Assembly: GCA_018715925.1 (NCBI GenBank)
Contig: DVKQ01000002.1
Location: 1 to 44,868, forward strand
Reading direction: 5' to 3'
Source: Candidatus Onthousia faecipullorum
GTDB taxonomy: Bacteria; Bacillota_I; Bacilli_A; RF39; UBA660
Length of the DNA: 44,868 nucleotides
The notes below the pieces were generated by a model, which saw only the letters and a list, made by a program, of their open reading frames with translations, had not been told where the DNA came from and did not search any database. The first letter of the stretch is position 1. Each line of letters starts with the position of its first letter. A program made the translations under genes and the position numbers. Of the stretch, positions 7,944 through 17,289 are shown piece by piece.

Positions 7944-8633
7944 ATGGAACACTCATTTAATGTAGAAATAGCAAAAGAATATGGAATAGTAGAAGCTATA
8001 TTATTGAAACACATTTATTACTGGATATTAAAAAACAAAGCAAATAATAAATACTTTTATGATGATAATTATTGGACTTATAACAGTACCAAAGCATTTG
8101 CTGAATTATTCCCATATTTGTCAAAAAGGCAAATAGAATACTCTTTAAAAAAATTAATAGATAAAGGTCTTATAGTTAAAGGAAATTATAACAAAGTTAC
8201 TTACGATAGAACATCTTGGTATGCTATCACAAAATTGGGGTATTCCATTTTACAAAATTGTGAAATCGAAATGACAAATTTGTCCAATCGAAATGACGAA
8301 AATGTGAAACCTATACCAAATATAAATACAAATATAAATACAGATATAAATAATAATAACCCTATAATCCCTTCTTCTTATTTTGATAATGAAGAATTGG
8401 ATGCTTTATTTAAAGATTTCTTATCAATGAGAAAGAAGATAAAAGCAGTTAATAGTGATAGAGCTATAACTTTACTAATTAACAAATTATCTAAGTATGA
8501 TGATAAGACTAAAATTAAGATGATAGAAAATAGCATAGAGAACTCGTGGAAAGGTATTTATGAACTGAAAGAAGAAAAGAAGAAACCAGTTTATAGCGAC
8601 ACTTTTAGTACTGAGGGTAGGAGAATATTCTGA
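7944..8633 (+). CDS. replication initiator / replisome organizer (winged-helix N-terminal domain, DnaD-like C-terminal domain)
   Basis: It lies directly upstream of, and overlaps, the DnaB-like helicase gene. The C-terminal IENSIENSWKGIY resembles the DnaD-domain ..I..W.. motif, and tandem 12-mers lie inside the gene. Confidence 0.5.
   Translation: MEHSFNVEIAKEYGIVEAILLKHIYYWILKNKANNKYFYDDNYWTYNSTKAFAELFPYLSKRQIEYSLKKLIDKGLIVKGNYNKVTYDRTSWYAITKLGYSILQNCEIEMTNLSNRNDENVKPIPNINTNINTDINNNNPIIPSSYFDNEELDALFKDFLSMRKKIKAVNSDRAITLLINKLSKYDDKTKIKMIENSIENSWKGIYELKEEKKKPVYSDTFSTEGRRIF
8319..8354. repeat. three tandem 12-bp repeats (AATATAAATACA x2 plus GATATAAATAAT), candidate origin iterons
   Basis: Read directly from the sequence. 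They lie in the linker (PNINTNINTDINNNN) of the initiator gene, comparable to lambda ori lying inside gene O. Confidence 0.4.
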
Positions 8634-9871
8634 TGTTAGAAATATCTGAAAATAATAGAGATGAGATAGAAAGAGAATTAGTAGCATTAGTTCTTAATAA
8701 AAACGAGGTAATAGATTGTTTATCAATAAAGCCTAAATATTTAAGAGATAAGGACTTAGCAAAGATGTTAGCTTATGCAATAGAGTCTTATCAAAAAGAA
8801 AAAGTAGTATCTCCTGCATTTATGCAAAAACAACACGAAGACTTTGATACTTTACTTTATGTAGAATTATTAACTCATACTTTTTACTATGATAAAGCTT
8901 GGAGAGAACAACTGAATCTAGCAGAAGAGAGTATTATCAAATATTTAAAAGAAGATATTATCAAAGTTAAAAATAAAGAACTCAGAGAAAAAAAGATAGA
9001 CTATGACAGTTTTATGCAACAAATGAAAAAGTTAGATGAAATAAGAATAACTAAAAATAGTAACGTTCTAACTGTTAAGGAATTAGCAGAAAATATAGTT
9101 GAACAAAAGCAGATTAAATTTAACAAATTTAAGAAGATGAGTAAGATACTCAAACTATCTCAGAACGATTTACTAGTAATAGGCTCTATGACCGGAACTG
9201 GTAAAACAGGTTTCATGCTTAATTTAATGAGTGATTTAATGACTGATTATCAATGTATTTACTTCAATATGGAAATGTCTAAACCATCTATTTATAGACG
9301 TCTAATAGCCATAAATAGCAATATACCAGTAGATAATGTTAATAATCCAGTTACTGGTTATCAAGTAGATTTAGTAAGAGAGACTATAAAGTCTATAGCT
9401 GATAAAGGTGTAATTATAGAACATCAAGTAAACAACTTGTCTGATGTTAGAGCAGTTGTTAGCAAAAAGAAAGATAGCTCAAGACATACAGTTATATTTA
9501 TTGACCATTTAGGTTTAGTAAGAATAAATGGTAAGACTTCTCTTTATGAACAGATGACAGAGATAATGAAGAACTTAAGACTGATATGTTTAGAATACGA
9601 TTGTACAATAATTGGAGCTAGCCAGTTAAATAGAAGTGCTTACAACAGCGAAGAATTAAGCTTATCAATGCTTAAAGACTCAGGAGAGTTAGAAAATAGT
9701 GCTAGAAAGATAATACTACTATATCGTGATAAGAATTCTAGTAAAGAAGATTTAAGACCACTAATGAATGTTGATATTTGTAAAAACGACAGTGGTGCTA
9801 CTGGAATATTAAAAATGCAATATGACAAAGTTAAGCAAATATTTGAGGAGGTATCAGATTATGGAAGATAG
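8633..9871 (+). CDS. DnaB-like replicative helicase
   Basis: Walker A GSMTGTGKTGFMLNL, Walker B VIFIDHLGL, SQLNR and LKDSGELENSA motifs of the DnaB C-terminal domain. Confidence 0.8.
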   Translation: MLEISENNRDEIERELVALVLNKNEVIDCLSIKPKYLRDKDLAKMLAYAIESYQKEKVVSPAFMQKQHEDFDTLLYVELLTHTFYYDKAWREQLNLAEESIIKYLKEDIIKVKNKELREKKIDYDSFMQQMKKLDEIRITKNSNVLTVKELAENIVEQKQIKFNKFKKMSKILKLSQNDLLVIGSMTGTGKTGFMLNLMSDLMTDYQCIYFNMEMSKPSIYRRLIAINSNIPVDNVNNPVTGYQVDLVRETIKSIADKGVIIEHQVNNLSDVRAVVSKKKDSSRHTVIFIDHLGLVRINGKTSLYEQMTEIMKNLRLICLEYDCTIIGASQLNRSAYNSEELSLSMLKDSGELENSARKIILLYRDKNSSKEDLRPLMNVDICKNDSGATGILKMQYDKVKQIFEEVSDYGR

Positions 9872-9998
9872 ATTAAGAATAGCTTTAGCAGACGCATTAC
9901 TTTATTACAAAAAAGTGTATGCAAAAACTAAATTAGAAAGTTATAAAAATCAAATTGATTATATAGAGGAGAAATTAAATGTTAAAGAAGAAAATTAA
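9861..9998 (+). CDS. hypothetical 45-aa protein (not in the ORF track)
   Basis: ATG lies 9 nt after GAGGAGG. It overlaps the helicase stop, and it overlaps the next ORF by 20 nt. Confidence 0.35.
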   Translation: MEDRLRIALADALLYYKKVYAKTKLESYKNQIDYIEEKLNVKEEN

Positions 9999-10179
9999 AA
10001 AAAACACATTAGAGCTTAAGTATGAGTCTTTAAAAGATGAAAGGGTAGATTTACTAGCCAAAGTAGTAAAACTACAAGATGACAAAATAGCACTACTTGA
10101 GAAGTTAGATTCACAAAAAGACGAGTTACTTGAGTATCGTAGAAAGAAAATTGAAAAAATGAAAAAGGAGATGAAGTAA
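9979..10179 (+). CDS. hypothetical coiled-coil protein
   Basis: SD is AGAGGAGAA. The sequence is heptad-rich and charged. Confidence 0.5.
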   Translation: MLKKKIKKNTLELKYESLKDERVDLLAKVVKLQDDKIALLEKLDSQKDELLEYRRKKIEKMKKEMK

Positions 10180-10461
10180 ATGTTAAATCAACTTACTTTA
10201 CTAGGAAGAATAACTGAAATTAATACAGAAGATAGTACTGTCACATTAGCAGTACCACGTTCTTTCAAAAATATTAATGGAGAATATGAAACAGATATTA
10301 TTAAATGTAAATTGTTTGAACACAAAGCTAGTGTAGTTAATGACTGTTGTGAAAATGGTGACTTAATAGCAATTAGAGGTAGAGTTCAAAATAACGAAGG
10401 AAATTTAGAAATAGTAGCCGAAAAAGTTACATTTCTTCAAAGTAAAAAGAAAGGAGAATAA
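10180..10461 (+). CDS. short OB-fold SSB-like protein lacking the acidic C-terminal tail
   Basis: LTLLGRIT....V.LAVPRSFKN.NGEYETDIIKC.LF...A.....C.NGDLIAIRGRVQ follows the SSB OB-fold pattern. Confidence 0.6.
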   Translation: MLNQLTLLGRITEINTEDSTVTLAVPRSFKNINGEYETDIIKCKLFEHKASVVNDCCENGDLIAIRGRVQNNEGNLEIVAEKVTFLQSKKKGE

Positions 10462-10463
10462 TA

Positions 10464-10712
10464 ATGGTAAGAATTGATAAAAAAATATTTTATGACGTTA
10501 CAAAAATAGTAGGTAGTTGTGATGTAGCAACTAGTAATGAAGATAATGTTTATCTTGAAGATGAATATGTTGAAAGCTTATTTGAAGACTTAGTATCAGA
10601 ATATCACGTATTAGAAGAAAAGTTAGAGGACGAAATAGAACAAAGAGAAGAGTTCTACAAGCCATTAAGTCCTTATGAGTATTTAGGTGTCAATGAGAGG
10701 GATTTTGTTTAG
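10464..10712 (+). CDS. hypothetical acidic protein
   Basis: SD is GAAAGGAGAA. No domain recognised. Confidence 0.5.
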   Translation: MVRIDKKIFYDVTKIVGSCDVATSNEDNVYLEDEYVESLFEDLVSEYHVLEEKLEDEIEQREEFYKPLSPYEYLGVNERDFV

Positions 10713-10723
10713 GAGGTTAGATT

Positions 10724-11527
10724 ATGGAAGAAGTTAAAGTTAGTTATAGTCAAATAGAAAAAGCAAATAGTGAAATAAAAACTATGAAAATAGGTACTGG
10801 AGATTATGCAAAAGTAAGTGAAAGAGTTAAGGCATTTAGAAAGGTTTATCCTATGGGTGAAATAATTACAGATATAGAAGAAATAAATGACACTTCTGTA
10901 AGAATAAAAGCAACTATAAAGGATGAAGAAAGTAATGTCCTTTCAACTGCTAGGGCTACTGAAGAGAAAAAAGCAAAAGGCAAAATGACTGTTAATTTAA
11001 CTGATATGATAGAAAATTGTGAAACATCTGCTGTAGGTAGAGCTTTGGGTTTTGCAGGGTTTGGTATTGATAAAGAAGTAGCAAGTGCAGAAGATGTAAC
11101 AAGAAACAAAGAGAGAGCAAAGCAATATGAAGTCTTTACTAATATGTTTATCCCAGATAATGATGCTAAGAAGATAGTTAAGCTATCTATTGGAGAATTG
11201 ATGAGAAAAATGGGTGTAGTTAAAGCCCATTTGGGAGAGCTAGTGTCAGAGCAACTATGGACTACTTTAGAAGAAATGAGTACTAATCAATTAATCAAAT
11301 TAGAAAGTAAGTTAAGAACTATTAATCTTGAAAATGATGAGTGGCACGAACTTTATGCAGAAAATAGCAAAATAAAAGAAGTTGTACCAGTTAATCAAGA
11401 AGTTGTTTATGAAAGTTCTCATTATAAGTTTGGTCGTTTAGCTTTAGAAATGGCTGGAACTGATAGTGAGTTACAAAATGAAATAATTGATTTCTACTTA
11501 AATGCAGGAATTGATTTAAGTAAATAG
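10724..11527 (+). CDS. putative Rad52/Sak-like single-strand annealing protein
   Basis: The motif ENCETSAVGRALGFAGFGID resembles the Rad52-type SSAP signature (..sdAlKrAa..lGiG..). It sits in the recombination module next to SSB. Confidence 0.45.
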   Translation: MEEVKVSYSQIEKANSEIKTMKIGTGDYAKVSERVKAFRKVYPMGEIITDIEEINDTSVRIKATIKDEESNVLSTARATEEKKAKGKMTVNLTDMIENCETSAVGRALGFAGFGIDKEVASAEDVTRNKERAKQYEVFTNMFIPDNDAKKIVKLSIGELMRKMGVVKAHLGELVSEQLWTTLEEMSTNQLIKLESKLRTINLENDEWHELYAENSKIKEVVPVNQEVVYESSHYKFGRLALEMAGTDSELQNEIIDFYLNAGIDLSK

Positions 11528-11535
11528 AGGTGCTT

Positions 11536-11697
11536 ATGTCAAATGATTTTGAAGATGTAATATACGAATTAACTAAACTTAAGATAAAGGCTCATGTAGA
11601 AGGGCCACAAGTTAAGTATATTTACACAAAAGAACAGTTGATAGATTTATGTATTAAGATGATTAAATTAATTGAAAGAGAGGCAAAGAAAGAGTGA
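11536..11697 (+). CDS. hypothetical 53-aa protein (not in the ORF track)
   Basis: ATG follows AGAGGTG. The stop overlaps the GTG start of the HNH gene (GTGA). Confidence 0.4.
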   Translation: MSNDFEDVIYELTKLKIKAHVEGPQVKYIYTKEQLIDLCIKMIKLIEREAKKE

Positions 11698-12233
11698 GAG
11701 AAGAATGGCGACCAGTTAAGGACTATGAAGGCCTTTATGAAGTCAGTAATTTTGGGAGAGTTAAAAGTTTAAGAAAAAATATTATTTTAAAGCCTGAATC
11801 AGATGGAGTAGGGAAAGGATATTTATGTATTAATTTAGGACGAGGAAATCATAAAAAGATACACAGACTAGTAGCAGAAGCATTTATTCCTAAAATAAAG
11901 GATAAAAATGAAGTTAATCACATAGACGGTAATACTAAAAATAACAAAGTTACTAATTTAGAGTGGGTCAGTCATCAAGAAAACTGTTTACATTATACAT
12001 ATAATTTAGCTCAACATAAAAGACAATTTAAAATGAAAAAAGTAGATATGATAGGAATAAATAACACTTTGATAAAAGAATTTCCTAGCATAGCTTCTGC
12101 TGTTAGATGGCTAAAGAATAATACAGATTTTAGTAGAGCTAATTCTACTAATATTAGTCAAGCTTGTATGAATCGTAGAAATTATAGTTATGGCTTTAAA
12201 TGGAAATATAGAAAGGATGAGTGCGATGAATAA
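11694..12233 (+). CDS. HNH homing endonuclease (NUMOD4 plus HNH_3 type)
   Basis: EEWRPVKDYEGLYEVSNFGRVKS (NUMOD4), HRLVAEAF and NHIDGNTKNNKVTNLEW (HNH). It is inserted between the annealase and SSB genes. Confidence 0.85.
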   Translation: MREEWRPVKDYEGLYEVSNFGRVKSLRKNIILKPESDGVGKGYLCINLGRGNHKKIHRLVAEAFIPKIKDKNEVNHIDGNTKNNKVTNLEWVSHQENCLHYTYNLAQHKRQFKMKKVDMIGINNTLIKEFPSIASAVRWLKNNTDFSRANSTNISQACMNRRNYSYGFKWKYRKDECDE

Positions 12234-12693
12234 AATTATTTTAGTGGGTAATGTTTGTAATGAAATTGAAATCAGATATACATCCAATAACACACCAGTT
12301 GCAAGTTTTACTATAGCAGTTAATCGTAATCATACAAAAGAGGATGGCACTAAAGATACAGATTTTATAAACATAGTAGCTTGGAATAAGAAAGCAGAAT
12401 TAATTCATCAGTATCTCAAAAAAGGCGATAGAGTTGGAATAAGTGGCCGTTTACAAGTAAGAAAGTATCAGAACGAACGTGGCGAGAATAGATATGTTAC
12501 TGAAGTAGTTGCAGATGAAGTTGAGTTCTTAAATAGCAAAAAGTCCGGTTTAGATGAAAAAAGTCCGGTTAAGTCTGAAGATAACCGGACGTTAGAAGAA
12601 AAAGTTAATAGTAATAAGCCTTATGAGGAATTCGCTAGAGACCATCAAGAAGAGTTTAACTATGTTGACGATGGAGAGGAATATCCATTTTGA
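12226..12693 (+). CDS. ssb: single-stranded DNA-binding protein
   Basis: MNKIILVGNV...FTIAVNR....TDFINIVAWNKKAE is a canonical OB fold. The acidic tail ends DDGEEYPF. The ATG at 12226 has a better SD (AAAGGA) than the ATG at 12190. Confidence 0.9.
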   Translation: MNKIILVGNVCNEIEIRYTSNNTPVASFTIAVNRNHTKEDGTKDTDFINIVAWNKKAELIHQYLKKGDRVGISGRLQVRKYQNERGENRYVTEVVADEVEFLNSKKSGLDEKSPVKSEDNRTLEEKVNSNKPYEEFARDHQEEFNYVDDGEEYPF

Positions 12694-13493
12694 AACCTAT
12701 AAAGATAGAATTATTTAACGACCACTTTCAAAATTATAAAAGGTATCAAATACCAAAGGCGCAACTAGTAATAGCAGATATACCTTACAATTTGGCAAAT
12801 AATGCTTATGCTAGTAGCCCTCAGTGGTACATAGATGGTGATAACAAAAATGGAGAAAGTAAGCTAGCAAATTCATCGTTCTTTGATACTGATAGTGACT
12901 TTAGAATAGCCGAGTACATGCACTTTTGTTCTCGTATGTTAATAAAAGAGCCTAAAGAGAAAGGCAAGAGCCCTGCAATGATAGTGTTTTGTGCATTTGA
13001 ACAATTACAAATGGTAATAGACTATGGTAAGAGATATGGATTTAATCACTACATACCATTAGTGTTTATAAAGAATTATTCCTCTCAGGTTTTAAAAGCT
13101 AATATGAAAATAGTAGGAGCAACTGAGTATGGTTTAGTTCTTTATAGAGATAAGTTACCAAAGTTCAATAATGATGGCAAGATGATATTTAATTGGTTTA
13201 ATTGGGAAAAAGATAGCAATTATCCTAAGATACACCCAACACAGAAACCTATTAACTTACTTAAAAGACTAATTGAAATATTTACAGACGAAGGAGATGT
13301 AGTAATAGACCCGGTGGCAGGTAGTGGCAGTACTCTAAGAGCTTGTCAAGAACTAAACAGGAGCTGTTATGGATTCGAGATAAAGAAGAACTTTTATAGG
13401 GGAGCAAAAGAAAAAATGATAATGAGTGATGAGAATTTTAAAAATCATAGTGATGCAGTAGATGGTCAAATATCATTATTTGAGGTGATTTAA
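12690..13493 (+). CDS. orphan DNA methyltransferase (N6_N4_Mtase family, beta class)
   Basis: Motif IV-like ADIPYN lies upstream of motif I VIDPVAGSGSTLRAC, and HPTQKP is present. No cognate endonuclease is nearby. Confidence 0.85.
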   Translation: MKPIKIELFNDHFQNYKRYQIPKAQLVIADIPYNLANNAYASSPQWYIDGDNKNGESKLANSSFFDTDSDFRIAEYMHFCSRMLIKEPKEKGKSPAMIVFCAFEQLQMVIDYGKRYGFNHYIPLVFIKNYSSQVLKANMKIVGATEYGLVLYRDKLPKFNNDGKMIFNWFNWEKDSNYPKIHPTQKPINLLKRLIEIFTDEGDVVIDPVAGSGSTLRACQELNRSCYGFEIKKNFYRGAKEKMIMSDENFKNHSDAVDGQISLFEVI

Positions 13494-13940
13494 ATGATAG
13501 GAAACAGTAAAAAGATTATCTTTTGGCTTAAAGGTCAAGATGATAGTAAGAAATTTGAAATTAAAGAATATCATCCAAAGAGGTCGTTAAATAGCAATTC
13601 ATATTGCTGGGAATTATGTACCAAGATAGCCGAGAAGATTAACTCTAGTAAGGAGCAAGTCTATTATCAAATGCTTAAAGAGTATGGTCAGTCTATGCTT
13701 ATTCCAGTAACACCTGGCACTTGCTTAGAAGGCTTTAGCAAGTACTATGAGTTCTACGAAAGGGGCAAACTAAATGGTAAAGACTGTGACTGGTATAAGG
13801 TCTATAAAGGTAGTAGTAACTATGACTCTAAAGAAATGTGGATATTTTTAGAGGGAATAGTTTATGAGGCTAAAGAGTTAGACATACCAACTTTAGAAGA
13901 TTATAAAATTGAAAAATTAGCAGAGGAGTGGGGTAAATAA
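13494..13940 (+). CDS. NinB/Orf-like recombination mediator
   Basis: KRSLNSNSYCWELCTKIAE resembles lambda NinB RSLDQNRKLWA. It lies in a recombination context. Confidence 0.45.
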   Translation: MIGNSKKIIFWLKGQDDSKKFEIKEYHPKRSLNSNSYCWELCTKIAEKINSSKEQVYYQMLKEYGQSMLIPVTPGTCLEGFSKYYEFYERGKLNGKDCDWYKVYKGSSNYDSKEMWIFLEGIVYEAKELDIPTLEDYKIEKLAEEWGK

Positions 13941-14218
13941 TGAAATCTATAATACAAGAAAAGAAAGAATGTTTCTTTTGCAGTAGAAAAGATGACTTAC
14001 ACCTTCACCACGTCTTTGAGGGGCGAAACAGAGGTAATAGTGATAAGTATGGCTTAACTATTTACCTCTGCTCTTATCATCATAATATGAGTGATGAGAG
14101 TGTACATTTTGACCCTATTTATGACAAATTAATGAAGATAATAGGTCAACTTTATTTTGAAAAAACATATGAAGATGACTTCATAAAAATATTTAGAAGA
14201 AATTATAAGGAGGATTAG
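13940..14218 (+). CDS. small Cys/His-rich (HNH/NinG-like) protein
   Basis: CFFC....LHLHHV...RN......GL...LC.YHHN pattern, in a nin-region position after the NinB-like gene. Confidence 0.3.
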   Translation: MKSIIQEKKECFFCSRKDDLHLHHVFEGRNRGNSDKYGLTIYLCSYHHNMSDESVHFDPIYDKLMKIIGQLYFEKTYEDDFIKIFRRNYKED

Positions 14219-14521
14219 ATGAAAAAAATAATAGATAATAAAATTTATGATACTGATAATTGTGATTTACTATTTAGTTATTTTACTATAGTAGAACATC
14301 CATTAATGTTTTTTCCTTCGTCTTATGTTGAACATGAAGCAAAAATATTTAAAACAAAAAAGGGTACTTATTTAAGATATATTGGTAGAGCTAAAGATAC
14401 TGGTTGGGAAGATAAAAACGAATTAACAATTATCAGTAAAGATAAATTTAAAGAGATATTAATTGATTTAAACGAAATCGAAGTTTATGAAAAAGAATTT
14501 GGAAAATTGGAGGAAGGTTAA
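14219..14521 (+). CDS. hypothetical protein
   Basis: SD is AAGGAGGA. It is tightly packed in the early operon. Confidence 0.5.
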   Translation: MKKIIDNKIYDTDNCDLLFSYFTIVEHPLMFFPSSYVEHEAKIFKTKKGTYLRYIGRAKDTGWEDKNELTIISKDKFKEILIDLNEIEVYEKEFGKLEEG

Positions 14522-14719
14522 ATGACAAACAGAATGGAATGCTGGAGAATAGCATTACTTAGTGTAATTATTACAATAGCAGTATTAATATTATTAGCAT
14601 TTATAATAGCTATTATTCAAACGGGAACAGCAGAAGTTATTAAAGACTCGTTAATAGATGAATATTGTAGCAATATATCTATTACAGAAGCTAGAGAATT
14701 GGAGGTTTGCAATGAGTAA
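14522..14719 (+). CDS. small membrane protein
   Basis: SD is GGAGGAAGG. TM helix: IALLSVIITIAVLILLAFIIAII. Confidence 0.5.
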   Translation: MTNRMECWRIALLSVIITIAVLILLAFIIAIIQTGTAEVIKDSLIDEYCSNISITEARELEVCNE

Positions 14720-14957
14720 AGAAGATTATTCAAAATATTATATTCAAGGTTCGGACCATTACTTAATCCCAAAAGATATATTTAATGAGTTATTTAATGA
14801 AATGGAGAACTGGAAGAAAGAAGCTCATCAATACAAAAAAGTAATTGATAAGTTAAGTAAAACTATTTATGAAATAGATGAATTAAGAAAAACAACGGGT
14901 GGTTATCCTAGCGATTATATAGATTATTCATTAGAAATATTAAGAGAGGTGGAATAA
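14712..14957 (+). CDS. hypothetical protein
   Basis: The ATG at 14712 lies behind GGAGG, so I prefer it to the track start at 14658. Confidence 0.5.
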   Translation: MSKEDYSKYYIQGSDHYLIPKDIFNELFNEMENWKKEAHQYKKVIDKLSKTIYEIDELRKTTGGYPSDYIDYSLEILREVE

Positions 14958-15185
14958 GTGAACAAAGATATTATTGAATTCTATGAGGAACAAAAAACAA
15001 AAATTCAAAAAGAAATCGACGAACTTTGGGAGGTTGGAAAAAAATCTCCGGCCAGAATCAAAAGATTAGTAGAAATAGAATATATCTTAGATGGATTAAA
15101 TGCTGATAATGAAAATATGCTCTTAAGAAATGAAATTAGAGATTTAAAACTAAGATTAAAACAAGAGGGTATAGAGGTGGAATAA
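14958..15185 (+). CDS. hypothetical protein
   Basis: The GTG start lies directly after GGTGGA-ATAA. Confidence 0.5.
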   Translation: MNKDIIEFYEEQKTKIQKEIDELWEVGKKSPARIKRLVEIEYILDGLNADNENMLLRNEIRDLKLRLKQEGIEVE

Positions 15186-15446
15186 ATGACAATAAAAGGT
15201 TTTGAAAATGAAGATATAAAAGTATCAGAATTTGGAGAGTGGGTAGGAAACGATTATATAGATTATAAATCAGATTATAAAGAGCATCAAAAAATAATTA
15301 ATGATTTACTTAAGCAAAGACAAGAACTAATAGAGTATTTAAAAGAACAATTAAACGAATGTAAATTATCAGGTAATGATGAGGATTATGTTAGAGCAGA
15401 TGTTTATGAAGAAATATTATCAAAAATAGAAAAGAGTGATAAGTAA
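15186..15446 (+). CDS. hypothetical protein
   Basis: The ATG lies directly after GGTGGA-ATAA. Confidence 0.5.
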   Translation: MTIKGFENEDIKVSEFGEWVGNDYIDYKSDYKEHQKIINDLLKQRQELIEYLKEQLNECKLSGNDEDYVRADVYEEILSKIEKSDK

Positions 15447-15790
15447 TGAATGAAGAATTAGCATATAGGACAATAGCATATTTAATTGGTTGTTATAAAA
15501 ATAACGACGAAACAACAATAAACCAAGAGGAAATAGATGCGATAAATTTTATTTTGAATGAAAACCAACAACTAAAAGAACAATTAAATAAAAAATATGA
15601 AAATGTCGGAACATTAACAAGCGAGATATTGTATGAAGAAAATACAAAATTAATTAATCAACAAAAAGAGTTTATAAATTACTTAGAAAGTGAAAGTAAG
15701 GAATTAATAAGGGATGCCGGCTATCATCAAAGAATATGCCTAGAAATATTAGAAAAATATAAAAAAATAATAGGAGGTAAACATGAATAG
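15446..15790 (+). CDS. hypothetical protein
   Basis: TAATG overlap with the upstream gene. Confidence 0.5.
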   Translation: MNEELAYRTIAYLIGCYKNNDETTINQEEIDAINFILNENQQLKEQLNKKYENVGTLTSEILYEENTKLINQQKEFINYLESESKELIRDAGYHQRICLEILEKYKKIIGGKHE

Positions 15791-15989
15791 AGAAATAAAG
15801 TATAGAGATTGTATAGTATCACAAGCTAGTAATAATCATGTGATGATATGTAAAGATAGCGAAATGGTATTTCATGCAGAAGTTGATAAAAAGTTGACAG
15901 ATAATGAGTTAAAAAAGCAAGTTGATTTCTATTTAGATATATTATTACCAAGTGTGAATGAAAGTGAGGTAGAAGATAATGCCAAGTGA
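15783..15989 (+). CDS. hypothetical protein
   Basis: SD is TAGGAGGT. Confidence 0.5.
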   Translation: MNREIKYRDCIVSQASNNHVMICKDSEMVFHAEVDKKLTDNELKKQVDFYLDILLPSVNESEVEDNAK

Positions 15990-16221
15990 TTATGAAAAAT
16001 TAAGAGAAGAACAACTAGAATTTTTAGATAAATGGAATCAATCGTTTGTTATTCCAGCAAGAAAGCAAGCCAAACACGACCATTTTAGAGTTGAATTAAA
16101 AGAAATATATGCTCTAAGAATTGATGATATAACTTTTTTTGCGGATCAAAATAAAATGACATTTGAATATGATGATGTTATGGGAAGTGCAATTATTTTT
16201 AAAGATATAAAATGGAGGTAA
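15979..16221 (+). CDS. hypothetical protein
   Basis: SD is GTGAGGT. Confidence 0.5.
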   Translation: MPSDYEKLREEQLEFLDKWNQSFVIPARKQAKHDHFRVELKEIYALRIDDITFFADQNKMTFEYDDVMGSAIIFKDIKWR

Positions 16222-16224
16222 CAA

Positions 16225-16395
16225 ATGAATAAAGAATATGCACTATATAAAGGCGATGAATTGTTAGATATGGGTACACTAGATTATTTATCTAAAAAGT
16301 TCAATATAAAGCGAAAATCACTGTTGTTTTATCAGTCGCCAACTTACAGAAAAAGAACAAGCGAGAGAAAAGGAAGAAGGTTAGTTAGATGTTAA
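16225..16395 (+). CDS. hypothetical 56-aa basic protein (not in the ORF track)
   Basis: ATG follows ATGGAGGT. It fills an otherwise unexplained gap and overlaps the next start. Confidence 0.45.
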   Translation: MNKEYALYKGDELLDMGTLDYLSKKFNIKRKSLLFYQSPTYRKRTSERKGRRLVRC

Positions 16396-16577
16396 ATAAA
16401 TTAAAGGATATATTAAATACTTATACTGATGAAGAACTAAAAGAGCTAGATTTATGGATTAATTCTAGTTATGAAGTAAAGCAGATAATAGTTGATGACT
16501 ATAATATAGACTTAATTACAAATAATGCTGAAGTTAAGATTAATGATTTTATTTCTAAGGAGGCAGATAAGCAATGA
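16389..16577 (+). CDS. hypothetical protein
   Basis: SD is AAGGAAGAAGG. Confidence 0.5.
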   Translation: MLNKLKDILNTYTDEELKELDLWINSSYEVKQIIVDDYNIDLITNNAEVKINDFISKEADKQ

Positions 16578-16921
16578 TAGATAATATAAAAATAGTTTTT
16601 GGTACTATAGCAGGTATTGTACTTATAGGTTTATTAGTATTTGTAGTTTCAATAGGTTATCAGAATGAAGAGACTATTGAATGTACTATTGAAGATAAAT
16701 GGGTTAAAAGAAAAGACAAATCTGATATGTATTTAGTTCAATGCGATAATGAAGTTTATCAAATTACTGATTTATTGTTTAAAGGTAAATTTAATAGTTC
16801 TGATATTTACGCTAATTTAAAAGTTGGCAATACCTATGAGATTACAACAACAGGATATAGATTTGAACTCTTGAGTATGTATAAGAATATTAATGAGTAT
16901 GAGAAAGTGGAGGATAAGTAA
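16574..16921 (+). CDS. N-terminally membrane-anchored protein
   Basis: SD is TAAGGAGG. TM helix: IVFGTIAGIVLIGLLVFVVSIGY. Confidence 0.5.
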   Translation: MIDNIKIVFGTIAGIVLIGLLVFVVSIGYQNEETIECTIEDKWVKRKDKSDMYLVQCDNEVYQITDLLFKGKFNSSDIYANLKVGNTYEITTTGYRFELLSMYKNINEYEKVEDK

Positions 16922-17289
16922 TGGAACTAAAAGAAGGTATGTATGTTAGATTTAATTATCATAGAGTAACAGTTCCAATTCAAATAGCAAAAATAAAAGA
17001 AAAGTATTATGACGAAATGGAAAAATACTACTATTATTTGACTGATAACGGATTAATCATTAGTGAAGAAAACATAATAAAGCCAAGCGAAAACATACTA
17101 GATTTAATAGAAGTAGGAGATTATGTTAATGGTAAAAGAGTATATAATATTTCGATAGTTGATGGTTTAAAATACCTAGATGTTGAGGTAGAAGATTATT
17201 TGTCTGATATGCCTTTTATAAATGCTGACCAAATAACATCAATAGTAACAAAAGAGCAGTTTAGTTCTATGAAATATGAGGTGAAATAA
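16921..17289 (+). CDS. hypothetical protein
   Basis: SD is GTGGAGGA, with a TAATG overlap. Confidence 0.5.
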   Translation: MELKEGMYVRFNYHRVTVPIQIAKIKEKYYDEMEKYYYYLTDNGLIISEENIIKPSENILDLIEVGDYVNGKRVYNISIVDGLKYLDVEVEDYLSDMPFINADQITSIVTKEQFSSMKYEVK

